DNA of 62,535 bases, counting the filler, from Basidioascus undulatus (Eukaryota), in NCBI GenBank assembly GCA_000826855.1. It is 5 parts of 5 records of this genome, joined end to end, with 100 filler letters (N's around TTAATTAATTAA, not from the genome) between each part and the next. Parts side by side here need not be neighbours in the genome. Positions count along the whole stretch, not along the records: positions 25,090 to 37,523 come from JTLS01000910.1; 4 more parts are not named here. One strand, 5' to 3'. The first letter of the stretch is position 1. Each line of letters starts with the position of its first letter. Below the pieces are notes generated by a model. That model ran no database searches, was not told the origin of the DNA, and saw only the letters and a program-made list of their open reading frames with translations. The position numbers were made by a program, and so were the translations under genes. Shown piece by piece: positions 26,004-37,623 of this stretch.

Positions 26004-29000
26004 TCAAGCCGCGACGCTGTACGAGACGTGGGCGTTGCTGCAGTAAGAAAAGTTAGCGTCCGATTGATGACTTCCGATTTACGGCCTAAGCGTGCACGCA
26101 CTAGTTGTACAGCACGGGGTTGCGCGTGTACGTGAAGCCCTCGGCGGTGTGCTGGAGCACGGTGTTGCCGTTGCGCGTGAGCGTCGCGCCCATGCCGCCC
26201 GCAGCGAGTGGCAGAGAGAGCTTGTTGACGCCGGCGGAGACGGGGAACGTCTGGCTCGTGCTGCCGCTCCAGATCGTTACGCTACCCGTCTGCTTGGCGA
26301 GCACGACCGCCCAGAGTTTGTCTTCCAGCTGAGGGCAAAAATGGGGTCAGACATGGCCCTGTAGATGTATGGCAAACATAAAGCGGCCGTACCCAGTTGT
26401 AGTCTCTGGGCTTGTCAACCCCGTCACCCGACGCGTTGGCGTCCTTCGGGTGAGGACGAGCCCACATGTAGATCTTGTCCTGCGCAATGACGGGCTGCGA
26501 ACCAGTACGGTACCACTGGATGTAGTAGGACGTGAGGTCGAGCCAGCCTGTACGAAACGGTGGATTTTGTCAGCCATGCAGCGTTCGGCGTAGACATGCG
26601 GCATCTGGCGTACCAAGGTGCGGGAACCCGTCGACCCATCCCTGGCTGTTGGGCTGCGCGCCAGCAATGGGGCCGATGTAGTGGCTCTCGCCATAGTCTA
26701 CAACAACGGAATACTTGCTTAGTTGCGAGACGACGCGAAGTGCAAGAAAGCAACGTGCCGTTCCACGTAGAGAGCTCCACCTCAGTGAACTGGTTCCGCA
26801 TCGCGATCAACTGCTCCCAGCGCGTGAGGTAGGTCCAGTTACTGCAATAACACATCAGTACGAACTGCGCGAAGGAGAACAGAGCGAACGGACTCCGTGT
26901 TGTAGATCCAGTTCTTGTTGTACGTCGACGGAGAGTAGTGACTAGAAGAAACAGTTAGTCGAGGTCTTCCTAGTGTTCAATGCCATTGTAATCTAATCGG
27001 AACATACTGCAAAGCGGAAAAGAGGCATTAGCGCGACGGAAACGAAGGTTGAGTCGGTCTACGTGGTAAAGGACGAACCGTGTAGAAGTGTGGCGACACG
27101 TTGGGCATGTACTGTTTCGAGCCAAGATTACTGATGTACGTCTGGTCCAAAGCCGTCGTGATGCTGGCGTCGCTCACTGTTGCGGCGCAAAGGGCTAGTC
27201 AGCACGACAAGTCTTACAGCAGCCAACGTTGCGGAGGAAAACTCACTGGGCCACGCGGAGTTCCAGTTGAACTGGCCGTCCGCGACGAGGTAGTTGCCGA
27301 AAGTCTGCGGGTCGATGAAGAACGCGGGGACGAAGTGAATCTGTCGATCAATAAAGGTTAGAAGGCTGGCATAACTTCCTAGAACCGAATGACTAACCGG
27401 GCGACCCGCGTTCGCGAGCTGATCCTTGACCTGCGATTGCCAGCCGGCCTGGACATTGCCCCGACCGAACGTGCAGTATTCACCCTGAAGCAAGAGATGT
27501 TGTGAGCCAGACACCGTCAGCTTGATGCGGGAAAGGTATCGAAGCATACCGAGAACGTCGACAGGAAGACCTTGCCGTTCTTGTAGTACTGCGCGGACGA
27601 GCTTGCGAACTCGGTCACGTATTGCCGGACGAGGTTGGCGTGCCACGCCGCGCTGCACGGCAAGCTGGTCATGTCGAGCGAGATGAAGCTGCACACGGTA
27701 TCGTTATGAAGTCAGTGCTCGCGGATGCGTTGAGCGGTTCCTCGACAGCACGCACAGCTTGAAGCCAACAGCCTCCGCAGCCTTGTAGGCGTCGCGAACG
27801 CGGTCGAAGCCCCAGTTATCGTTGCCGACGTTAAGCGCGAAGCCGGTGATGCCCGCGGCTTGCGCCATCTGGATGTCCCTCTGCCAGTCGCTCAGCTGGT
27901 ACGGGTAGGTCTGCCGAGAAGAAAAACATTCCAGCGAGCGTCCAGAACAAGAGGGGCAATGAATGGGGAGCGGCGCACGTTGCCAACCATGTGGTGCACG
28001 AAGACTGTCTTGCTCGAGTCTGCCGTCGGCGCAGGGACGGCCGTGGTCGACGTCGTCGTAGCACTGGTCGTAGTAGACGTGGAGATGGAGGAGGTGGACG
28101 AGGTGGACGAGGTAGTCGGGGTAGTCGAGGTAGTCGAGGTAGTCGAGGTAGTCGAGGTAGTCGAGGTTGTCGAGGTTGTCGAGGTTGTCGAAGTAGACGA
28201 GGTAGAGGAGGTGGACGAGGTTGAGGAGGACGCGGAACTGGTTTTACGAAAGCGGACCACGGTTTTGCTCAACAAATGGGAATGGCAAGGGGGCATGACG
28301 AGCAAAAAACTAAGCACGTGGTGGACGTAGACGTGCTCGCCGTGCTCGTAAGAGTGCTTGAGGTGCTAGAGGTGCTCGAGGTGCTGGTTGTTGTCGTCGG
28401 GACGAGCGTCGTCGTAACTAGCGAGGTCGAGGTGGAGCTCGAAATAGACATAGTAGACGTCGACGAAGTCGAGGCAAGAGAAGTGGGCACGGGCGTCGCA
28501 AGTGAACCTGGAGCATATAAAGCCAATCCAATGAACTCTCCCACTTCTGACTGACAGCGAGCGAAGAACGTACCAGCGACTCCGGCCCAGACGTTCAGGT
28601 TGTACGCAGTTGGGTTGGTAGTGTACGTGAAATCGCTCGGCTGGTAGTCGAGGATGATCTGCGAGTTGCGCACGAGCTGGATGCGGATCTTGCCTGCAGC
28701 TAGCGGGAACTCGAGCTTGCTAACGCCGGCAGAGACGCTGAACTGGTGCGAGCCGGCCGAGGAGGAGAGGATCGCAGTCGCCGCCGCGGTCGTGTGCACC
28801 TCGACCCAGAACTTGTTCTCGATCTGCGGTCAGGTAAGTCGGGATAAAAAGAGTGGTAAAAGGATGAGTTAATATGAGGACTACAGGACATACCGCGTCA
28901 TAACCGGTGGGTCTACCAACGCTGTCCCCGGACGCAGTCGAGCCGGCGGGCTGGGAGATGGAGTAGACCCAGACCTTGTCGGCGGTGATAGACGGGTACG

Positions 29001-30432
29001 TGCCGGTCTGGAACGCCTTGACGTAGTACGCAGTCAAGTCGAGCAAAGCTGGGACGGAAGAATGCGATAACAGTCAGCATTCGTCGCGTGGTGAGTAGGG
29101 AAGAAGCGGTGCTCACCGGTGTGCGGCTTCCCCGTAGTCCATGCCTGGGAGTTGGGCTGTGCTCCAGCTATCGCGCCAGCGTAGCTACTCTCGCCGTAGT
29201 CTGCATACGATTGAGAGTCAGCGAAGAACCTGGTCAATTGCAGGGAACGTAAAGACAAGGCTTGCCGTTCCATGTCACGATGTTGACCATCTCGAGCTTG
29301 CTGCGCTCGGCGACGAGCGCCTCCCAGCGGTTGACGTAGGCGTGGTTGTCCATGTCCGCGACGAGGTTCTTGTTGTACGTGCTCGGTGAGTAGTGCGCGA
29401 AGCGCCAGAGGCTGACGCCGGGCACCCACGACTTGCTCCCGAGGGAAGAGATCGTTGAGGCATCGTTGGCGCCCAGCGCGGCGCTCGAGGTCGGCCAAGC
29501 CGCGTAGTAGTCGTATACGCCATCGACGGGGAGGGAAGAGGCCTGGGAGGGCGTCATTCCGGGGATGAAGTAGATCTGCGTCCGACGATGCCCCATCAGT
29601 TTCGCTCCCAGGCTCCTAGGGTCAAGACGAGGATAAGACGTACCTGCACACCCTGCGCGCTGAGTCTGTTCCGGAAGAGCTGCCACCCGGCGGACGCGCT
29701 TCCTTGACCGAACGTGCACTGCGCGCCGCCCCAGGTGCTGACGACCGACTTGTCGTCCTTCTTGAACTGCGCCGGGTGGCCCGAGTAGTCCTTGACGAAC
29801 TTGACGATCGGGTCGAGGTTGGCCGCCGTCGTGCACGGCCAGGACTCCATGTTGAACGAGAGGAAGACCTTGGTCGGAGAGGAGGTCGACATCGACGTGT
29901 AGTACGCAGAGGCGACGCGGTAGGCCTGCCACCCATCCGTGGCGAAGTTGAGCGCGAAGGCATTACTGCAGAGGGGTCATGGATAAGACCAGAGCCGGTT
30001 TCGGGTGAGGAGGTAGTGAGAACGGACGCACATTCCCGCAGACGAAGCGAGCTTGAGGTCCGCGTTCCAGCCCTCCGAGTAGAGCGAGTCGTCGTAAGGG
30101 TAGGTGTTGCCGACGCTGAGATCAAATCCTCATGTCAGGATACAGATACACCGGCTGATCATAATGAAGCAAAGGAATACGGACATGTAGTGCGCGAGCA
30201 CCTGCTTGTCGGCTGCGCGCTTCCGGTACCCGCCGACGATGCGCAGGTCTTGCGGGACCCTCTCGGTCGTCTCCTCGCCCAGCGCACGGGGGTGGGCGTC
30301 GACCGACCGCACGCTATCAAGCGCGCCAGGCGCAGGAACCGGTACGGCGAGGACGGGGAGGTGGAAGGCGAGGACGAGGAGGAGGATGGCGAGCGGGACG
30401 GCCTGGGTGATGCGGGAGGACGAGTTGCCCAT
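26004..30432 (-). CDS. Secreted alpha-1,3-glucanase with two tandem GH71 modules joined by a Ser/Thr linker
   Basis: Hydrophobic signal and KR dibasic site; VLAHYIVGNTY / VFVHHMVGNTY, FALN, HYSPSTYNKN, TWNDYGES and FTYT.NP..YN each occur twice; multi-exon splicing keeps the frame to NAHVSYSVAA*. Confidence 0.92.
26942..27079 (-). other. Predicted [D1,2] stwintron (internal intron 27078-27007 nested in the donor of the external intron)
   Basis: ..TAC AC|G[GTTCGT..GCTAAT..GCAG]TATGT..CTAAC..TAG|T CAC TAC; of the splice models I tested, only two-step splicing restores FYTHYSPSTYNKN. Confidence 0.75.
28030..28480 (-). repeat. Coding Thr/Ser-rich low-complexity linker with 9-bp (GTAGTCGAG)n units
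   Basis: Encodes (TST)n between the GH71 modules; split by one intron. Confidence 0.85.
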
Positions 30433-31328
30433 AATGAATAGGAATTTGGATAATAAGGGAAGGTGTGGGGTAGTGAAAATTGAAAATGAGTATCGCGTCG
30501 AGCGAGTCGAATGAAGTAGTTGAGGGAGTGTGCGACGGCCAGCGTCGTGAAGAGGGTGTACTCGTCGAGAGTACGGGTGCGAAGGGAGAGTCGACGGGCT
30601 AGCCGTGAGAAGGTAAAGATTAAACGAAAGATAAGTGAGTGGGTACGAGGACGCAGCGACGACGTGGGTGAGGGAAGGAAAGAAAGCCGCGAGGCGGTCG
30701 ATCGATGGTTTTGTAGAGATGCCATCGTCGATATGGACGGACTTGACAGCGGCGTGGAAATCCGCAGGCGACACTCTTATGTGGAACTGCCCCCCACTTC
30801 GGACCTTCTCATTTGTGATGGTCCGATGAAGTGGGTCGATCGAGCCCGAGGGGAGATGGCGCGTCGGATGGAAGAAGGCAAGACAAACGCGCAACGCGTG
30901 CCTGATTCGAGGCGGGGGTTGACACATTCTACATGACCAGAAGGCGCCTCGCTTTGCACGGTTTGCTTATGTGTGCTTGCACTGGAGGGTTTCCTCTTGG
31001 CTTTCCTCTTGGCTCTTGAACTTGCGGTTTGCGGTGCCACTCCAGCCTCCTCAGATTGCGGAAAAGATCTGGAGGAATGTCATGTTCTTGTGCAGCTTTC
31101 GTGAAAGGCGGGACCCAGTGTTCACTGCGACAATCTTACTGCGGCAATCTCGCAGCTGCTCTTTCAACGTTCCACAAATGATTGTCTAAAGCGAGAAGCA
31201 CAGTTTTGGGTAGGACAGCAGAAATGACTGCTCACGTAAGCAGACAGGAACCCCGACAGCCGACCGTGCAGCCCAGCACTGCATCCAAGCAAGCACAACT
31301 CCAATCCGGCCTCCCTCCGCCCCTCCCG

Positions 31329-34300
31329 CTAATAATCGCTCGAGGCGACATGATCAAACATCTCCATATCGACGCCCTCCATCCCGTCATACTCGACATC
31401 CGTCACCGGCTCCTTGAGGCCCTCGCGCTCCGCGTTCGCGCCGGGGCCGAGGCGCGTCTCCCACTGCATGGGTATGGAATCGGGGTCGGCGTCGGTGCTG
31501 TGTTGGGAGCTGAATGGGAGAAGAATTGTCAGAGTGGCACGCAAGGAAGTGGGGATAGGGGGAGGGCGGAACGCACGAGGAGAACCCGGACCGCTCTCCC
31601 TTCTTGCGCGGGCGCTTGTCCTCCTTCTCCTTGTCCTTCTTGTCCTTCTTCCCCTCCCGGGGCGCAGGCCGGGGCGTGGCTCGCCCACCCTCATTCTCAG
31701 ACGAGCCCACGTCGTATGTTGTGCGTGTCCGAGTGGGCGTGGGCGCGCGGGACAATGCGACCGACGAGGACGAGGGGAGCGTCAGGACGGGCTGCGAGCT
31801 CCACGCCGCCGCCGCGGCTGTTGCTGCCGCTGCGGTTGCTGCTGCGCGAGGGCGCGGGCGCGGACGTGGGCGTGGGCGGGCGGGCTGAGCGGAAGGGGGC
31901 GGGCGGTCCGCCGCGGGCGAGGAGGTGAGGTCGATTTGTTTAGATGTAGAAGATGACACGGAGGGGGATGCGGGCGGGTGGGCCGGTCGACGCGAAAGCG
32001 AGGACACGGGGGAGTCGTCGTCGACGATGTCGATCGTGCGTCCTTCTCCTCGCTTCGGGGTTTTCTGCTCAGGCGAAACGAGGACGACCACCTGCGTCGC
32101 AGGCTTCACGGGGCTCTCCACCTCGACGGCGGGGAGCCCAAGCATGGGCGGCGTCCACAGCTCCCGCTCGCTCCCGAACATGGCGTTCCCGTACACGCGC
32201 GAGTGCGCGCGCACCTCCTCCGCCTCGTCCAGGGAGAGCCCCCCGCGGTCCGCAGCGATCAGCCGCAGCGCCGCTTCGGGCACGAGCACGCGGCGGAGGA
32301 AGTCGTGTGGCGCGAGCGGGTGCGTGAGCGCGGGGGTGAGCGTCGTGTGCGCGGAGGGCGGGAGCGGGAAGAGGCGCGTGAGCGTGAAGGTTAGGACGAG
32401 GGTGCCCGTTTCGCCGTAGCTGGAGGTGCAGTGGGGTCAGCGTTAGCCCTTAGAATTCGGGCAAGGGCGCTGACGGCGACGCACTACCCGGGCTGTTCGT
32501 CCTCGAAGCTCTCCATCTGCGCGCCCACGCCCGCCGCGCGTCTCCCCCCAATCCGATCCACCTCGTCCCTCGCCTTCCTCCAGAACCTGCTCTCCTCCCT
32601 CCTCCCCTTATCCATCACGACCTCCTCCCACAGGGGTTCCCTGAGCGACTCGACCCTGGTCGCGAGCAAGTCCCAGTCGACCTCGCGCGGGTACCCGCGC
32701 GCGAGCGCGTCGGGTATGACCTCGGCGTCAACCTCGTGCGCCTTGCAGAGCTCCTGCTCCGCGAGGCAGTGCCCGCGCATGCCGTGCTTGTTCCCCGGGC
32801 GCGGGTCGGGCGTCGCGGTCCGCCTGAAGTCGCTGAGGAGCGCGGAGAGGTGCGGAGAGAGGAAGGAGGGCAGACGGACGTCGCAGACGGGGCAGAGCTT
32901 GTGCTTCTCGAACCGTGGTAGCGGCGGCTTGGTCGCTTCCTCCGCCGCGTACGACGGCCGCGGCAGCGCGGGGGCAGGCGGCGTCTTGTATCTGTCGCGC
33001 GAAATACAACCCGTCAGCTACTCGCGTGAAGCGAAGACGAGGAAAGCACGAACGCAAAATGATCAAACAGCGACGACTGCCGCTTTCCCGCCTTCTGCTT
33101 CTTCTCCGCCCGCTTCTGCGGCTTTGGCGTCTGCTCGTCCGACGAAGGCGGCGTCGCCATCCGCACGGGCTTGGCCTTGAGCGCCTCGCGCGCCTTGCGC
33201 ACCTGCGGGCTGTCCGGCGGAGAGCGCAGCGGTCGGCGCTTGGGAGTAGGCGCTGCGGGCGCTGTGGGCGCTGCGCCGGCGGGGCGGGGCCGCATGATGG
33301 GCAGGGCGTCGTCGGAGTCGGAACCGGAGCCAGAGTCGGCCGCCGAGGAGCGAGAGGGGATGGTGGGGCTTGCAGGGTGTTTGTCTTTGGCCTGTCGTCT
33401 GTCCACAACAGTGCGTGAGCGATGAAGCCGTGCAGTGAGTGGAGTAGAAGGGCAGAGGAAGAAAGACATAGTCCACGTACAGTGCTGGGACCCGGCCGAC
33501 ATGCTCGTCGAGGATGGCCGTAAAGATCGCCTTCGACGCCGCGGTGGTTTTGGACTTCTCGCCCGACTCCGACGACGAAGCAGGCGCGGAACCCGACTCG
33601 AGCTGCTTCTTCTTCTTCTTCTTCCCCTTCCCCTTCTCCTTCTCCTTCTCCCGCTCCTTCTCCTTCTTCCGCTCCTTCTCCTTCGCTTCGGCGCGCTCCT
33701 GCTTCTTCGCAGCCTTGTCGGCAGCTGTTCGAGAAGCCGAGGAAGCAGAGGGTCGGGACGCTTCGGCGTCCTTGGTTTTCGTTGGGGCTGGGAAGAAGGG
33801 AGAGGTCGACGGGCCGGGTTTAGGAGCGTTCATGGGGCGCGAGACGATTGTGGGCGCGAGTTTGTGTCGGGAGGGGTCGGTGCTTGTCGATGGCCTTCGG
33901 GCATGCAGAGCAGTCAGGCTTCCGAGTCGGGGAAGAACCAGATGAAGAAAGGGCGCACCGTCCTATCAAGTCCAGCTCATCCACGCTCTCCCTCCGGTCT
34001 TTCCCACCCCGCTCCTTCTCCCGCTCATCTCTCCGCCTCCGCTGCTCGCGCTCGCGCTTCCGGCGCTCAGCTGCCATGCGCTTCCTGAGCGCTTCCTCGT
34101 TCTCCCCCTCCCGCATCCCCGTCTCCACCTCCTCGTCCGAGTCCTCGTCCGAGCCTGGGACCGGCACGGCATGCGCTTTGCCCTTGCCCTTATCGCGCAG
34201 CGGCGGCGGGGGTTCGAGCGAGTCTGCGCGGACGCGTTGGCGCTTGCGCGGGGAGGAATGTCGTTCGCGGGAGGAGCGGTATGGGGACGGGGACGGGGAG

Positions 34301-34800
34301 GGGGATGATCGGCGTCGGGCGCGCTTAGTGCTGCTGCTCGGCGGAGGCGGAGGGGGGGTGTTACGCGCTGCGCGTTTGGTAACGCGCACGCCGATGCACT
34401 CCCCATCGTCACTGTCCCACCGGGATTTGTCCCTATCCGCGAGGTCGAAGAAGCTGTCCTTGGGTAACGGCGAGGGGACGCTCTGGTCGTCCTCGTCTAC
34501 ATCAACGTACGCTTGTGTTCGCTGTTTCCGCCCGGGGGGCACGGTGGGTGCGGGGGGAGGGTCGCTGTGCTTGGGCTTTTTGAGCCGGCACGTTGCGGCG
34601 CAGTAGTCTTTGGCGGGGGTGGTGTTGGAGATAGAGCCGGTGGGGGAGGAGGGGGTCGGTTGGGATTGGGATTTGGAGGCGGAGGCAGAGAAGGACTGCA
34701 AGTTGGATTGGGAGCGGAAGATGGCGCGCTTTGGCTGAGGCGGCGAGGTGGGAGGGTGGTGAGGTTTCCACTGCTGGTTGATGTATTGGAGACTGTCCAT
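31329..34800 (-). CDS. Large disordered protein with C-terminal RTC4-like domain
   Basis: LCKAHE..IPDALARGYP..DW, QPGYYG, FLRRVLVPEAALRLIAAD, SRVYGNAMF pattern; introns splice in frame. Confidence 0.75.
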
Positions 34801-35557
34801 CGTGGGCGGCTGGGCGGCGGCGAGGAGAAGAGCAAGAGCCGCCCAGACGGCGATGGGTCAGTGGTAGACGCGAGGAGGAGGAGGTAGTCTATGAAGGAGA
34901 TCGGCGAGGTTGAATCTGATTCAGGCAGAGACGCGCAAGACGCGAGGGCGTTTGATGATGGCTCGAGCCACAGACGCGCATTGATTTTTTCTTTCGCTTG
35001 CTCGCTGGTTCTCATGAACCAGTCCCGTCTCGAGATTCTCGTTTTCCTGGCTCACAGCATACAGGGAGACATCTGGCACAGAAACTCATGCTGTCAAGCT
35101 AATCCTGCACGAGCACTGAGCGTTTGTTTTTTCTGATGCATCCTCTACAACGCGCATTAGAAAGCCCCCGTGAATTCTCACAAGAGCCTACTAGCGCGCT
35201 GCTTGCTCCGTCGAAAGCAGTGACTTCATTTCCTTTTGCCCAACTCTCCCTCGCCGGCACCCATCGCTCCGGTATCACAGCCCACTCCTCCCCTTCTCCT
35301 CGCATCCTCAAGCGGGCGCAGTCAGGGATCCAGAAGACACCGACAGCGCCACGCCATCACTCGGTCTTCCCTGAGCAACGCCATCGCACTCCAGGCTGCC
35401 CTCGAGCGCGTGCGCTCTTCGCACTCCGGCTTTGTACCATCTCATACCGTGAGTCCGTCTCATCCGCCCGTGTTCTCCATCCCAGGCTCCTTCGATCCAA
35501 CAACTTGTTTCCATTCTTCACGTAGAACCTTTCCCAGCGCCTTAAACACGCACAAAC

Positions 35558-37523
35558 ATGCCGCCAACGACGCGCCGCCAGTCCTCGCGGCAGGACCTGA
35601 ACCACCTCGAACCCAGGGACGAGCACCAGGTCGCTTCCATCCTCCATTCTGCCTGCAAGCTGCCCAACACCAACGTCAACGCCAATAACACCAACGGCAG
35701 TGCCGGGCGGAAAAGCCCCGCGCCCAAGGCTGACGGGGAGAAGGCCGCCCTTCCTGAGAAGGTCGTCTTCGAGGTGCGTTCCTCCGCCTGACGGTGTTTG
35801 AGCTGCTGGGAACGCGTTGTTCAACCACCTGCATCGCGATCCACAGGAGCGCACCAAGACCCCCTCGCTAGCATCGTCTTCTTCAAAGTCCTCCAAGCCT
35901 TCCTCCCCCGCCCCGGCGCCAGCGTCTTCCCCGTCTTCCCCGTCCACCAAGTCCCCCACCATCTCCGCGCCCATCCGCGCGTCTTCTCCCGCCTCGCCAA
36001 CCACCACGCTCGCGCCCGTCCCGGGGCCCTCGCGCACCTCGCGCTTCTCCCTCCGCCTCGGGCCGCTCCTCGGCGCCCTCACCCGCCTCGCGATCTACTA
36101 CCTCCTCCTCTGCGCGCTCCTCTGCCACCGCCCAGCCTCGCCCGACTCTACCGCAGCCTGCACTAACTACAACGCGCTCATCGAACACCTCTCCCCGCGC
36201 CTGGCGCCGCACATCGCGCACGCGCGCGCACGCGCAGAGCCGTACGTCCGCCAGACCTGGGCCTACGTGGAGCCGTACTGCGCCGTCGTGGAGCCCTACA
36301 CCTCGCGCGCCGCGGCGGCCGTGAAGCCCCACGCGCGCCACGCAGCGATCCAGTCCCGCAGGATCTACCATCGCAACGTCCGCCCCACGCTCGAGCACTA
36401 CCGCCAGCAGGCCGTCCGCGCCACGACGCCGCATGTACGCGCCCTGCGCGCCCACACAGATGCAGCGTACGAGAAGTACTACCTCCCCCTCGTATCGCAC
36501 CCGGTCGTCCGCCAGGCCTCCCAGATAGGCAACCGCCTCGCCGGCGTCGTTCGCCACGAGGCGACGCTCGCCTCGCGGAAGGCGTGGGCGCTCGCGCGCC
36601 CGCACGTGAGGCGCGCGAGCGCTGCCGCCCAGCTCCAGGCTAAGCGCGCGTGGGCACGCGCGAAGGTCGACGGACCCCGGTACGCGGAGTACATCCGCGC
36701 GCATGGCGGGCAGTACGCTGCTGAGGCGTGGGCGCACTTCCGCGTGCTGCTGGTTCACGCGCTGGAGTGGCTGCAGGTCAAGTGGGAAGAACTGGGAGGG
36801 AAGGAGAAGTTTGGCGACCTGAGCGTCGTTAGCAACGGGCTGGGCGCGGCCAAGACGGCGTACATCGACCCCGTTGTGGAGAAGGTCGCGGAGTGGGTCG
36901 CGTCGCAGCGGAACAAGGTGCGCTGCCCTTCAGTCTCTAATCTCTGATCGATGTCTGACATGGTTCTTGTTGCGATGATTAGGGCTCTGACACAGCGGCG
37001 TCAATCACGTCCGCCGCGTCCGCCGCTTCCACCGCTTCGGCAGCGTCTTCCGGCGTGACCGCGACGCTCTCGTCCTCCTACTCGTCCGCTTCCTCCGCCG
37101 TCGCCGAGAAGGCCTCCACGCTCTCATCCTCCCTCGCATCCGCCACGTCTTACGTCTCTTCCGCCGCGGCGTCTGCCGCCCCCTCGGCGTCTTCCGTCCT
37201 CGCCAATGCGTCTTCCTCGGCCTCGTCCGTCTTCGCCCCCTCGTCCTCTTCCTTCTCCTCTTCCTTTTCTTCCAGCGCCTCCGCCATCGCGTCCGAGACC
37301 GTCGAATCTTCCCCATCCCCGATCGACACCCCCGTTTTGGCACCCACCCCCCCCCCCCCCCCCACCCCCGAAGACATCCCCGCCCCGGAGCTCCAATCCG
37401 CCATCTCCGCGCAGCGCGCGGCGCAGTTCAAGTTCAACCTCGACACCGAACAACACCTTCCCGGCAACGGCTGTGGAGATCCAGCATGGCCTCGGCATCA
37501 CGCACGGCGTGGCGTTCGACCTG
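35558..37523 (+). CDS. Hypothetical protein with one TM segment, a helical repeat region and a Ser/Ala-rich tract; 3' truncated
   Basis: Exons joined by GTGCGT/GTGCGC..AG introns; hydrophobic [20 protein letters not shown]; strong codon bias. Confidence 0.7.
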
Positions 37524-37623
37524 NNNNNNNNNNNNNNNNNNNNNNNNNNNNNNNNNNNNNNNNNNNNTTAATTAATTAANNNNNNNNNNNNNNNNNNNNN
37601 NNNNNNNNNNNNNNNNNNNNNNN
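37524..37623. other. Artificial contig spacer
   Basis: N44-TTAATTAATTAA-N44. Confidence 0.98.

Noticed and set aside
27860..28554. Plus-strand ORFs with VEV/SRG repeats
   Set aside because: Antisense shadows of the (TST)n linker of the GH71 gene
31182..37501. Many long overlapping Arg/Pro/Gly-rich ORFs in the ORF track
   Set aside because: Expected shadow frames of high-GC, codon-biased genes; no independent motifs
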